A DNA stretch of 64,000 nucleotides from Geosiphon pyriformis uo1 (GCA_016748015.1 JAAOMT010000151.1:186001-250000); one strand, 5' to 3'; shown: positions 1 to 13,855, numbered from the stretch's first letter. Made by a program: numbers and translations. Notes: generated by a model from the sequence alone, not told the origin.

Positions 1-85
1 TAAAGATTTTATTACAATAAACAAGTTGGTTATATGTTATAAAAAAAAGTAAAAATTATAAAAAAACAATTTATATTTATATTTA

Positions 86-176
<91 letters not shown>

Positions 177-228
177 AATATTATTATTATTATTATAAAT
201 ATTATTATTATTATTATTATTATTATTA
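86..228. repeat. (TTA)n microsatellite, imperfect
   Basis: Long tta/att run with two short interruptions; it explains the poly-Asn ORF 30..248. Confidence 0.95.
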
Positions 229-475
229 AATTTATATTTAATCAACATATTAAATTAAAAAAAAACATAAAAATACAATTATTAATTTGCATAAAATTAT
301 GTTTTGAATTTTAAATAAGTAATATTTTAAGTATTTTAAACAAAATATAATTGATTAAAAATTAATTTTTTGAATTTCCAAATTAAAAAAAAAATGTATA
401 AACAATTAAATTAATTAATAAATATTTTATTTTAAAAAATTATATTTTACCATTTCTTTTACATATTTCTCTGAT

Positions 476-893
476 TCAAAAAAATTGTATTATTTCAGGA
501 CTCTCAATTTTAAACTCTTTACTTATCTGAAATTTCTGATTTTTAGGCTTTTCCTTAAATCGCCAATATATCTGGTTAAGTTTATCCAACTCCAGGTGAA
601 CTTCCTTGGCGGTAGGACGATTCTCAGGATTAGCATCCCAACACTTTACATTTATTTCGGCAATACAAGGTGGAATAAGGGGAGAGGTAATTTCAGGTCT
701 AATACCCTTATAAACAATATTAAATATGAGAGTATTATCAATGAGGACGGTCATGAAAAGAAGGTATTCCTGTTGCTAATTCCCATAATAACATGGCAAA
801 ACTATAAATATCACTCTTTTCTGTAAACTTTTCTCATCTGAAAACTTCTAGTAGAATGTATGGAATCACTCCAAATATTTAGTTTTTCTCCTC

Positions 894-931
<38 letters not shown>

Positions 932-1680
932 TTGCGAAATTGTTCGCAATTCGACATAACCCGAGGTCCCCAATGTCTACGAACTTTTCACTAAATTGTA
1001 GGATGTTGCCAGAGTGTATGTCACGATGAACCATACCAGAAGAATGAATTGAATCAAGTCCAAAAGCTATACGCAGCGCGATCGATAATTTTATCTTCCC
1101 AATTCGTAGAATGAAAATTTGTTGTTAAGAATTTTCGCATCTCTCTATGTTCGGCAAACTTCATCACAATTCCATAATCGAGCGTTTCAGGGTTTTGCGT
1201 AATCCCCCATATTGAAGAAATATAAACCAAGTACCCACATAACTCTTTCAATATTTAACTATAAATTAAGTAAATAGATATAAAAAATACAAGTCAATTA
1301 AATAACTAGAAGATTTGTTATTTGGGTTCGCTTGTGGTGGTGGATATATAAATATAAATACTACTTTGTTTCACTTCTTTTACTATTCTTTATAATTTTT
1401 ATTGCTACTTCATATTCCATTTCACCATGATGTTTTATACTCTCCGTACGAATCATTCCATCAATTAGGGTTGTTTTATAAATTATACCGAACCCTCCTC
1501 TAGCAATATCTTTGACACTCGACAAACGCTCTCATGGAATCCAAGAATAATAACTAAATCTACCATTAGTGAGTTTACTAAATTCATCTTTAGGTGGAAC
1601 ATAGATTGGATACTTAATTATTTCGTCAACTACTTTATTACCGCTTGGGAAGTCCCGGTAAAATTTTTCAAAAAATATGC
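476..1680 (-). pseudogene. Tyrosine-kinase-like protein kinase pseudogene (expanded Glomeromycotina-type family)
   Basis: Minus-strand motifs in order: SGNKVVDEII, WIP*ERL, IARGGFGIIYK, WGITQNPET, MVHRDIHSGNIL, IGDLGL, (I)FGVIPY, SDIYSF, KCWDANPENRPTA. Several stops and frameshifts. Confidence 0.85.
895..930. repeat. (GTT)12 microsatellite within the kinase activation segment
   Basis: Read directly; encodes poly-Thr on the minus strand just after DLGL. Confidence 0.95.
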
Positions 1681-1708
1681 ACTACAATAATTATTATAAT
1701 TATTATCC

Positions 1709-2370
1709 TTAATGCACTTTTGACTCGTTGCAATCATGAGCGTCTGGACGAGTTCTTTTAATTTCTTTGTTTTCCATGGTGTGGATGAATATCTGGACTG
1801 CAACTAGAATAAAGCCTTCAGAGAAGAAGCATAACGCCTCACTCCTTGTTGTAGCAATAGCATAAAGCCCCCGTGGTGCTTTGAAGGAACTCAACCCAGC
1901 CATTATACCAAACATTCCTTCTGAGAGAACAGCATGGCTGGGCCACAACGAGCATAAAGCGCGAGTAGAGGCATAAAGCTTCCACTGTGTTATGGGAATA
2001 GCATAAAGCCTCTTGAGAACCCTATCCTTAACGCAAAAGATATAGTTTTCCTGGCAACCAGACATACCTTGAAAATGTTGGGACAAAGTTTTGCCTTTTC
2101 CTTTTCTGCTGCCGTAAACTCATCTGACAACCGTACGGCTTTCAAGCTCATTTGGTATCTGTAATGTTCCTTGTCCTTCAGTCCTGTGAAATCGGATTGC
2201 GTTGTGCGAGATGCAAGAAAGCCTAGAAGTGACCATTTACTTGCAGGGATCTGATTAAAGTATTCATCCAAGCCAAACATGTGCAAGTTTTTTGGTGAGT
2301 CGTGGACGAAAAAATTTTTCGCGTTCACGTCAGATAGAAATTTGTCACGTGGGTGAAATTCGAAAATCAA
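1709..2370 (-). other. Possible hypothetical protein or gene fragment
   Basis: GC-richer, CpG-retaining island with two overlapping ORFs (DEYFNQIPASKWSLLGFL...EHYRYQMSL); no family recognised. Confidence 0.35.
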
Positions 2371-2489
2371 GAAAGTAAGGCAATATATTTTTTATTATAA
2401 ATATGATTTATGTATAACTAGTATCCAAGCCAATTAAAATTATTTTATATTAAAACATTGTATAATAATTACAATTGGATTAATAGATT

Positions 2490-3335
2490 TGTAACAACCT
2501 GTTACAAAAAAATATTTATTATATTAAACTTTTTTATATTTTTCATGATTACAACCAAAGCAAAGAGTAAAAAAGTTGCAATTTTTTTATTTTTTGAAAC
2601 ACTTAATAATATTTTTACCAATAAAGCATTTGTAGTTATTATGATTGTTTAACAGCATTCTGTAAAAGTGTTTTTTTTAAATAAAATAATAGTTAATTAG
2701 TTTTTTGTTAACTTTAAAATATCATTTTTGTTTTTGGTTAAAAGTTTTTTTTCAGTTTTTTTAAAAAAATTTATTTGAATTAGTTTAATATAATTTTGTT
2801 TTCTTTAAAAGCTTTAAAGTTTTTGATCTAAAATTGGTAATTAAGTTGTTTTTTTTCTATTTCTTTTTTAAATAATCAAAAAAACCAAATTAACTAAAAA
2901 GCAATTTTTTTAAATTTTTGTTATATTTAAAAACAATTTTTTTGAAATGCTAAAAAGTTTTTTACTGGTGTTTTTAATATTAATTTTAATGTTTTAATGT
3001 TGGTTTTTTTTTTATGAAAAATAAAGCTTTAATTTTTTTTGTTTTTTAACTCTTTTATTGATTTTATATTATTTATACAAATTATAATACTTAATTTTAT
3101 TATAACTATAAATAAGAAAAATTCTATTTTAAACAATAACAATAAAAACATATTAGTTAATTTTGGTTTAAATTAGTTTTTAATTATAATTACTAGTTTT
3201 AAAAACAAAATAATATTCTTTTAAGTGGTTAATCAATGTAGTATAAATGTAAGTTATATTTAATTTGAGCCATATAGTTTGGTTTTATATACTAGATAGC
3301 AGTTGGACTTTACTTAATAAAATGTTATAAAAAAA
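2490..3335 (+). mobile_element. Decayed, internally deleted copy of the ORF1-only non-autonomous element
   Basis: ATGATTACAACCAAAGCAAAGAGTAAAAAAGTTGCA (~2546) matches the ORF start at 59587. About 3220-3330 matches the LINE 3' tail at 41120-41230 and is followed by an A-rich run. Confidence 0.75.
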
Positions 3336-3539
3336 TAATAAAGTGAATTTTTAAATTTATAATTATATTTGTTTTATTTTTATTTTTTTTATTTTGTTTA
3401 ACAATTAGTTTTCAAAAAAATTTAAATATTATATTATTAAAACTGATATTTTAAAAAATAATAATATTTAATAGAAAATTTTTGATTATTAATACTGTTT
3501 TAAATATTAAAATTTAGATTATTTAGTTTAAATTACAAG

Positions 3540-4420
3540 ATATTTTTATCTTTACTTAAATTTGTAATTGGTTTTAAGTTTTATTTTATTAAAACAAAAT
3601 TTTTTGTTAATTTGTTAATATTAATTAAGTTTATTATTAAGCCAATTGGATTTTTGATCAGTTTAAATATATTTTTAATATTAATATTATTATAAATTAT
3701 AAAATAAATAAATAATTTTACTTTAGTAAAATAGTTATTAATTTAAGTAAAAAAATAATAATCAATTTTAAAGTAAAAAAAAAATACAACTTAAATAATA
3801 TTAAAAATAATATGTAAATTAATATTATTAAAAAAACTTAAAAAACCCAATTTAAAAATTTTAATTAATATTAGCAAAATTAATAAAAAAAAATAATATC
3901 ATAAAAAATTTAAAAAATAATCATTTTAATATAAGATATAAATTTAATAAACCAATTAATAAGAATTTTTAATATAATAAAAAACTTAATAATTTATTTT
4001 AAAGAAATTAGTTTTATAAACAAAAATCAGACAATTTAAATTTTAATATTTATAATAATACTAATAACTAAAAGTTTTTTATTATATACAACTTTTATGT
4101 AAAATATTAGTTTTAATAATAATTAATATTAAAAAACCAAGAATAAAACATGTTTAATTACTAATTTAAAAAACCAAATTGCTAATTTTATAAATTATTG
4201 TTTTTGTTTTTGTTGTTATAATTTTATATAATGTTTTTTAAATATTTTTTTAAAAATATTCTAAGTGTTTTTGGTAATATTATAAGTATTAATTTAAAGT
4301 TTTTTGGTTTATAATAATATGTTATTGTATATTTTAAGTTTTTTAAAACCATTAAAGCTATTTTTATTTGTTAATTAATTTAAATAGTATATACAAGCTA
4401 AAAAACAAACTTAATATAAA
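3540..4420 (+). mobile_element. Further AT-eroded fragments of the ORF1-only family
   Basis: About 3560-3665 aligns to 61250-61340 (aagtttattattaagccaattgg vs gagtttattgttaagcctattgg). About 4200-4370 aligns to 60560-60730. Confidence 0.55.
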
Positions 4421-4702
4421 TTATTTTAATTTTAACAGTTTATTAAACACCAAAATAAAAATTATTTATTTAAAATTTTTTAATAATTTATAATAATTTT
4501 TTAGTTATTATTAAAAACAGTATTTTTAAAAAACAGAAAAAAAGTAATGTTTTGGTTTTTATTTAATTTGTTTAATTTTTAAAATTAAATAACTTAATAG
4601 ATTAATTAATTAAAATTACATATAAAAATATAAATGTTTAACTTTTAAAACTGACAAAAATAAATTAAAATTTAATATATTAAATATTTAATTATATGTT
4701 AA

Positions 4703-7700
4703 TTTTTTTTTTTTTTTTTTTTATTTAACGAGTGAGGTCCAAACGCGACCTAGTGCTATACATTATACAAATGATCTAAACTAGGTGCGAATCATGCACT
4801 TTCTACACGTAACCAGTCATTCGGGTCAGTCAGAACTACACTATACACCTATATGCACAGAAACTGGATCTCCAATACCTGAAAAAAATGGACAAAACTT
4901 ATGAAACCCGAAACCAACTCCAAAAGCCTCAGCCACCCCCAGCAATCTGACCACACCAGCCGAAAAAACCATAAGCAAACCAAAAACTAAAGCAGGAGCA
5001 GAGCCATTACATGGAATCAAACTGTGCCTTTCCATAAACACTCGGTGTCTGGCCCGAACCAACCAAACATCATTCCGAAATGCTAAACAAAACTCACACA
5101 CAAAGCTCACAATCCTCCTAGCACCCTCTTTAGAATCTTTAAAGACCGAGACAGACTCACGAAACCATTCATCAAAAACAAAGCTTTTACACAGAGCAAC
5201 ACCAATTCCAACCTCAGAAACACAAGAAGCCAAGGCCTGTAAGACACATGAAGAAGAATGAGAAAGACCAGAAAGAGCCTTTCAAGCTGAAACATGTGCG
5301 CCCAACAAATGAGCACGGCCAACGGCATCTTGAGGACACGAAAAGACATGATCCAAGGTCTCAACATCACCACAAAACAGACAGACCACACTGGGGTATC
5401 TTCTATTATATAAATGCTTGCGCACAGCAACAGGAAGCCGATGATGGAGAGCCTTCATAAAGTAAGTATGACAGCCTGCCATGTGCATGCTGGTAAAACC
5501 GGATGCCAAGTGAGAATTGGGGTGCCACACCATAGAAGACTTAGACCAATTGATATTAGCATGTAAACTATCATTCACAACACGAGAACCAACTTCAATC
5601 TCCCAACGAGCTCAATGAACTGACCGGAAAACATTACAAACAAAGTGTCTAGAGTTACCAGAAACCGCTGTACCACCAGCACATAGAAAACGTTTACTGA
5701 CTAAATGAGGTAGGCGCCAAGCAGAGAGAGCAGCACCTTTGGCAAGTGTATCAGCATGCTCGTTGCCTGAGACACCTGAATGACCTTTCACCTTAACCCA
5801 ATTCACATCCAAATTTTTTTGACGAATGACAGTGGCAATGTGATGACACTTAATCCAACAGCGGTTCCTGAAATCCGGATGAACTAGCGAAGACTCCAAC
5901 CTACATGCATCCAAAGCAGCCTGGCTATCCGAGAACAAGTCAATCAAACAAGAAACAGGAACACACTCAAGGGCCAAAGCTATGGCTTGCAGTTCTGTCA
6001 GAGTAGAAAAAACCAAACCAGACATCCCAACACCCAAACCCAAGTTAATGTCCTCAAAAAAAACGGCAGCACCTGCTCTCATGTCAACAGTGCCCAGACC
6101 AGAAAGAGATCTATCCATATACACAGAAAGGTGGGCAACATCAATAGTCGGCAAAGTGTCACGAATCACACCAAAATCATGAGAAAGACAAATATCAGAC
6201 ACAGCATGACCATCCACCAAAGAAGAACTTGAGGAGAGAGGCACAACGCTACCAAGAAAGCGAACGGAAAGATTAAACCAGAAAGAGACTGGACCACGAG
6301 GGTCCAGCCTCTTCCAACACTTGAAGGTCTCCCAACTGAAAACATCACCATTACAGTCATGAAGCTGTTCCACGAAAGCAATTCCATAACATCTGAGCAA
6401 AGAGATGCACTTGAAAAAACAGGATTCACCAAGAACCAAAGACATAGGAATACTGCACCAATGACGAAAAGCACCAGCTAGAGGGCCTCCCAAAGACAAA
6501 TCACACCCAGAAAAAATGCAAACCACACCCGCCAAAAAATTATCCAAGGGACTGACACCAACACGAGCCGGAAACAGCAAGGGATGACAAGGATGCCAGC
6601 TGAAAACCTAGAGGTCATGAGACCTATGAGAAAACAAGCGACCCAAGACACCAGTAGAATTTGCAAAAGCAACAATGGATGCCGATTTACTCTCAGCCTG
6701 GATCTGTTCGAAAGTTTTTAAATTGTACAAAGAGGGGTAATGAAGTGCATCACTGGGGAAATCACGTGGCAATCCAGACTTGGACTTTAAGACCTTGCAT
6801 ACCAAAGCATCCCATTTATTACAAACACCAACAGAAACAAAACTGAACTGAGTCCTGTAGCTGATGATAGAGAAAAGAACTGCAGACACCAAATATGTAC
6901 ACTGTTTGTCCAAAATCACCTTTCTCATAACAAGATTCACAAAAAACCATACATCAGCTTGAGCTTTAGCCAAGCTAGGCTTCAAAAGACCCTCAGAAGA
7001 CAAAAAAATACCCAAATAGCGATGAGATTCCCCTCTCTTGGCAATGGAAATAGGCGCACCACTGATAGTTAAATGAGGATCCAGCACCCGGCAATTGATG
7101 AGAATGGCCACCGTTTTGTTATTGTTTACAGAAATATTGTTAAACCTAAAAAACTCACTAGCAATATCAAGGATGCACTATGTAGCAGCCTGGCTGCTAC
7201 CAACTCAAATAGTATCATCGACAAAAGCACCGGCAGCAAGAAACGAAGACAGCCCAGCTTGAGGATCCACCTGGTCAGTTTTTGATATGAAATGAGAATT
7301 CAATCTGTAGCCATACACACTATCCTGTCTTTTAACTTTGCACAAAAGTGAATCATAAAAAATACACCAGAGAAGAGGCGAAAAGACTTCTCCCTGATCC
7401 AGCCCATTGTGTACACAATACCCATCAGTCAAGCCAAAGTCAGTCATCACTCTGTTGACGCAACCATTGTGAATACCACCAAAAAATCTAATAAACCTGT
7501 CACACATTTTGATCCTGACTAGACTCCTCCTAAGATGTTCCCAACTAACTAAGTTATAAGCCTTGCGCATGTTCTGTAAAACCAGCCAAAGTTTATGGTT
7601 CTTCTCCAAGGCATCCTCAACCACAGAACCAATAGCAAAAATGGGAGATTGCGTCATCATACCCTTCAAAACTGAAAAATTGTTCCCACGAAGAACATCA

Positions 7701-9759
7701 AAAGTGCTGCAAGCCAGAGAGATCCTATCTGAAAGGATCTTGGAGAGAATCTTGTAGGCCATTTCAATTAAAGCTATAGGACGGGTGTTTATGAAAACAC
7801 CCTCCCATTCATATGGTTTAGGAATCATCGAAACCTAAGCTTCTCTCCAAGGCCCAGGAACTGACTCGCCAACCAAACAGAAATTCAAGAGCACCAAAAG
7901 CATATCCAAAACAGATTTGTCACAATGTTTCCATAATTCGTTGGAGATACCAGAAAGACCAGCTGCTTTTCCATCAGGAAGATCCTTAACAACAGCTGAC
8001 AACTCATCAAAACTAATTAAACACATGACATCAGAGAAAGCACCATTGAACACATAATCCAGAGGCTGATATTGACAAACCCAATCCTCAGACAAGTTAG
8101 ACACCACCACACGTTTTCTGGTCCATCCCTCCATAATTTTGTCCACCTTAGACCTAACCAAAACAGGCTCTAAAATCAACTTATCATCTACAACCAAATG
8201 ATCCAGGACCACCTTGTGAAAAGAACGCTCCAAAACACTCCTAATGGTGTGACTCTTGTTCAGCTCAAAACTCTCCATCCTCTTACCAATAGCCTGCTTG
8301 ATCGAGGATTCCTCAGCACGCTTGGATTCCACTAATTTGAAGGAGCAGTATGACTTTCTCGCTTTGGCCAGTGCAGAACAAATAAGATCAAAATTAGAAC
8401 CTGAAAGAAACAGAGACTTAACCACTGATGCACCAGGAGAGTCGAGTCTGTGCCACACCTCCAACAAAGAAGCAAAACCATCACTAGAAGCCAAATGCGA
8501 AGCCTTGACCAACTTAGAAACCAGCAGCTCCAGCTTGTGAAACCTAGAAGAAGTCTTGGTAAACACACCATCAAAATCTTTGAACCATCTTTTCTTAAAT
8601 GTACCATCCACTGAAAGAACCATAACCTTGCAAATAATGTCCCACATAGCGTCCAAATCTGAAAATCTTACTGCCACACCAAAAGCATCCAAGAACATAG
8701 AGACATTAGCAGCTGAGGCATCCCTGAACTTCAACCACTTAGCTTCATTGGCACTTTTGACGTCAAACTTCCAATGGTCTTTATTCACTTGCTTGCAAAG
8801 AGAATTCAAACACGTATCCAAAAGCCCACCCAAACCCAAATCCACTGAAACAGCTTGATGGTCCGTGTCAAAATGCTTACTGACATTCAAAACTTCACAA
8901 CGCACTATTGCATTGACAAAACTCGAGGAGACAAACACGTAATCAATTGTTTTCTTAACACCCCTAGAATTTTCCCAAGTGGGCATTTTTGCAGCTAAGC
9001 TACCAACTAAAGAATTGACTAGACCCAAATCAAAGCATCTTTTGAAACTTGCACTTTTATAAGAGCTGTTTTCGTTAAAATCGCCACCGAAAATAATGAA
9101 AAAAGATTCGTTGACAGCCTTCGCAATGAGAGAATTGATTTCACCAGCCTGAGAGAACCGAACCACCAAAGAAGCACCAGCATAAAGCCCCAAAATTAAC
9201 ACAGAAAGTTTGCTCTTGAAAAGTAATTTAATGGAAAGGAGCCGGCCAGGCACCTCAGAAATCTTGTACACATGATGAGCCAAAGAAACATTCATGATAA
9301 CAGCAACACCCACACCCAAGTGACCAGAGTCCAAACCAGAAGAGAACACTCAGACACCATCAAACTTGTCTGCAATCTACGGATGAACCCTACTTCTTAA
9401 TTTCGTTTCAGTAATGATGGAGACCAAATTGTTTATTTCCTTATGCCACCTAATAATGTCTTCTTGCTTAGTGGGATTGTTCATGCCCCTGACGTTGCAC
9501 GTAGCAACTTTCCAGACTAAACTGCTCATTGAGTGAGGGGTAGAGACACCGAAAGCATGCCTATATTATCCACTTTGGCCGAAAGGCCCAGAACTATCTC
9601 CATTAGACACTTCATGCTGTCTTCCAGCTTAAACACCGAAGACATATTAAAAGACACTGCTCCCGTGACATTCCCACCACTAGTGAACACACCTGAACCC
9701 TTACTCATTACTACATCCACCCCTTGATCCTGTGATGAAGAGGTCACTAATGGCTAACA
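4703..9759 (-). mobile_element. LINE (L1-like non-LTR retrotransposon with RNase H), 5'-truncated in ORF1
   Basis: Poly-A tail (T20 at 4703-4722), full ORF2, and the last ~75 codons of ORF1. Candidate TSD tatatgttaatt (4693) / tatatattaatt (9760). Confidence 0.93.
4841..9529 (-). pseudogene. LINE ORF2: AP endonuclease - RT - RNase H - C-terminal zinc finger, with in-frame stops
   Basis: ATCNVRG, GGDFN, IDYVF, TDH (endonuclease); RPIAL, GLDQGEVFSP, FVDD (RT); TELQAI, SDSQAAL, WVKVKGHSG..GNEHAD (RNase H); CLFC..ETLDHVFSC. Confidence 0.92.
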
Positions 9760-10407
9760 TATATATTAATTAAAATTAATTTTAACAAACATATTATTAT
9801 TATTAATTTTAAAATAATAAAAAAGTTATTGTTTATAATTGAATTTAAAATAAATATTATAATTAATACAGTTATAATAAAAATATTATAAATATTAAAA
9901 AAATAAGCTTTAAAATAAAAACAATAATTTAATAATATAAAAAAAATAACTTTTTTAAATATTATAAAAGAGTTAAATGCTTTAAATAAAAAAAAAGAAA
10001 TTGGTTTTTTGTTTTTTTAAATATTTAAACAAATATAAAAAAGATAAAAAAAAAAGTTATTTTATTATTAATTTATTAGTAAAAGTTTTTAAATTTTTTA
10101 TAATAATAGTAATTACATTAAAACTGACTTTAATTAATTGTTTAAATAAAACTTTAAATAGAAATTTTTCCTATTTACAACTAAAAATAGTAGTTAAAAA
10201 CTGTTTTATTTTTATATTATTTTAAAAAAAACACTTTAAAAAAGTAAAATTTTTAATAATATTAATCAATTGAAATATTAAAAATAAAATTGTAAATATG
10301 ATAAATAAGCATTATATTAAATACAATTAATTATAATCATATAATAATTAAATATTATATTAATTATAATTATTTAAAATGATATCTTTACAAAAAAAAT
10401 TTTATTA

Positions 10408-10440
<33 letters not shown>

Positions 10441-11388
10441 CTAAAAATATTGTAAAAAAGTTAATATTTGTGATAAATTGTATTAAAAAAAATAGTATAT
10501 TTTTACATATTTTATTTCTGTGCACAAAATTATTTTGTTATAATATTTTATTGGCCAAAAAATACGTTTTTTATCTTATATTTTATATTAATGTTTTTGA
10601 ATAATATGATCTACGTATTTTTAATTAATTGAAAAATAAATACATATATTGTTATTTAATAAAAATAATTATTGTTAAAATTATTTTCACAATTATTAAA
10701 CAAAATTTTAATACTAAAATAATAAACACTAAAATTAAAATATTTAATAAGATTTTTTAATTAAAAATAATAAAATAGATAAACTAATCATTGTTATACC
10801 AATTTTATAATTTTATAAACCAAAGACAAGTTTTTTAATACCGATTAAATTTTCATCATCGGGGAAGTGATATTTCCGCACGTATTACCCACATGCTTTT
10901 TCTTTTATATATGAGATAAGGAATTAGAAAATAAATCTTTTATGGGTATCACAGTATCTTGAAAAATGGTACCCTCATCTAATTCCAAATTTAGGTATTC
11001 TTAATGTGACAACAGTTTCAAAAAAAGAAAGGTTTCTTAGGAATTCTCTGCTTTTACTTTACACCATTATAATCCCTCCGCATTAGCATAGTCCCTCTCT
11101 TTATTTTAGTATAAGAAAACGTCATAATTTTCATCTTTTCGTTTTCAACTTTGTATGGTTCAAAGTTGAACTTTTATTCTTCGAAAAAACGTACTCATCC
11201 CTCATCCTTTCTTTAACTATTAATAATATATTTTTTCTTGGCTTTCAAAATTCATTCTCTATACGATACACTTCTTCTTCTTAACTACAATAATTCCTCG
11301 ACCATTTTTTCCTTTTCAAGAACTTGAAAACCCGCAGTTTTGATCAAGAAATTTCTAGTTTTTGGCAAATAAAAAACCAACAAAATCG

Positions 11389-13175
11389 ATGGCTTCAACT
11401 CATTCAATGGCTTTGAGTGATTTGGGAGATCCTCTTAAACCGTACTTGCCACCTAATGAAACTCCCGATGAAAAGAAGAGACGCATACAGAGAGAGAAAG
11501 AGGCTAAAAAACATAGCGATGCCATAGATAGACAAATTAGAGCCGAAAAAGAAGAGCTGGATAAAGCAAAACCTGCAAAGCTACTGCTGTTAGGTAGGTT
11601 ATTACCAAATACTTAATTATTTTGCGTTGTGGCTTGGTGGTGGGATGGTGTTTTTTTCTGGAAATGTGCCTTTAACTTTTTACTTTGTTGAAAACTACAT
11701 TTTTCACCATAAATAAATCACTTTTATTTAGGTTCTTCTGAAAGTGGAAAAACAACAGTTCTAAAACAATTAAAAATTATTCATGGTAACGGTCTTGAAA
11801 AAGAAAGAAAAGAATATTCCCCAATCGTTCATCTTAATGTATTGACGGCTATGAAAGCATTGACCAACGCACTCGAACATTTTGGTTATCCTTTGGACGA
11901 TCCTCATAATGAGGAACATCTCGAAAGATTTCAAGCATTGACAACTTTAAAAGTGTCATTGAATCGTAATTCTTTGACAGTTCAAGCCGCGATTCAAGAT
12001 AAAAGATTTGACGATTCTTTCTCAGGAAACTTCCAAGAACATGCAGATTCGATTGAAGCATTATGGAATGACGCCGCCATTCAAAAATGTTTCGAGAATG
12101 CTAGTGATATTGGTCTACAAGATTCAGCAAAATAGTAAGCTATTTAGAAAATTTATACTTTCAAAAAACAAAATTTGACTATTCACTTTAAAATTTTTAA
12201 ATTCTCAGCTTTTTAGATAATGTAGGACGTTTTGCAAAGATAGATTATATACCCACCGATGACGATATTCTTCAAGCACGAGTTAGAACAATTGGAGTCA
12301 CAGAACATGAATTCAAAGTTAAAGGGGTGATGTGGAGGTGTAATAAATTATAATTTGTTTTTATTTCTGTTCAATTGCTGATATGATTTTTTTTGAATAT
12401 GCGCTAATAGAGTGATCCTGAAAATTTCAGAATATATGATGTTGGTGGTCATCGTTCGCAACGTCAGTATTGGGCGTATGTATTTTTAAAAAAATATTTT
12501 ATGGGGTTTTTTCTGCAATTACCTGAATTTAACATTTTTAATTTTTATAAAGGCCATATTTTGATGATGTAAATGCCATTATTTTCATGGCCGCGGTATC
12601 GGCCTTTGATCAAATGCTTGAAGAAGATTCAACAATCAATCGTATCCGCGACTCGCTTCAATTATTCGACACTATATGCAATCATCCTCTATTTTTAAAT
12701 ACCAGTATCATCTTGTTTCTTAACAAGATTGATATTCTAAAAAGAAAAATTCGCAAAGTTCAAGTTAAAGATTTTTTTGAACAATACAAAGGTGAATTAA
12801 TTAGTATTTCTTAAACTATGAAAGCAAACATTCAGAAGCTCATTATTTTAAAATATTCGTTATTTTTATTCTATAATTAGGTAGCAATGACTTCCAATCG
12901 GTCACCAAATTTTTTCAAAGACAATTTCTTGCGAAAAATTCCAACCCTGACAAACATATATATGTTCACTTCACTCACGCCACGGTAATCTTTCATTTAA
13001 TGTTTTCTAATATCTTTGATCCAAGATCAAGTTGCTTAATTTGATAAAGTGGATAGGAGTATCTTTTAATCTCGATTTATTTTTACATTAGGATACCAAA
13101 CAGATGCGAGTTATCGTAGCATCCGTTAATGACATTGTACAGCGAATGCATCTCAGAGCAACTGGTCTCATTTAA
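11389..13175 (+). CDS. Heterotrimeric G-protein alpha subunit, atypical (7 exons)
   Basis: KLLLLG|SSESGKTT, DILQARVRTIG, DVGGHRSQR, SIILFLNKID, HFTHAT|DT, C-terminal GLI*. GT-AG introns give an open spliced frame. Confidence 0.93.
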
Positions 13176-13814
13176 ACACCAAAAAGTTAGATTATTATCA
13201 ATCCGTTTTTCCTCTTTGAATTAATCCATACATATATATCTGGTAGCATACCCCACTTTTATCGATCAGTTATCATCTTTACCCCATTTTTTGGCAAAAT
13301 TAGATTAAATAATTTCTTGTGCTTTTAACACTGTATTGAGCATAATCTCAGTAAACCCTTGTAATAGTTTTCTCTCGACGTGTACATTTTCTATTATTTT
13401 TTTTCGCGTTATTGGCGCCTGTTTTTTATTTATTTTTATCTTATACCTGTATGAAATGTGTTTGTTTTATTCTTTCCTATCATCGATTGGTTTGGTTTGG
13501 CATTGGCCTTCCTTCGAGGTATTTCGCTTTGATATAAGGATACTTTAGATAATTGCCGTTATATTTATAATTATAATCTAAAATAAATTAATCTATGAAT
13601 TAATAATAATAAAGTAGTAATGATAATCATCCAAGTTTTTACGACGTTATCTTTCTGCACATCGTGATCTTGCCATACGATGCACAAATCCAATATAAAT
13701 GCTACCAACTATTTAAATTAATCTCTGGGAAATGATAAAACCTCAGGCAAATTAAAAAAATCTAGAATCAAAAATAAAAATTTTACTTCAAATACCGTGC
13801 TTTATAAGTAATAG

Positions 13815-13855
<41 letters not shown>
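13815..13855. repeat. (ATT)n microsatellite
   Basis: Direct inspection. Confidence 0.9.

Noticed and set aside
30-248. Poly-Asn ORF
   Set aside because: It is a translation of the (TTA)n microsatellite.
4723-4843. LINE 3' tail as a known ribozyme (hammerhead, pistol, hairpin) or tRNA
   Set aside because: Catalytic core consensus sequences and tRNA boxes could not be matched by eye; it is kept only as an unclassified structured element.
8256-8858. Antisense ORFs within LINEs (also 39707-40339 and 61155-61553)
   Set aside because: Shadow frames of TE coding sequence with no independent motifs.
4841-9529. In-frame TGA/TAG as an alternative genetic code or readthrough
   Set aside because: Stops are confined to repeats and explained by C>T/G>A changes; host genes use the standard code.
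9760-10800. AT-rich ORF 10001-10225 and flanks
   Set aside because: Probably terminally eroded repeat DNA; family and coding status cannot be supported.
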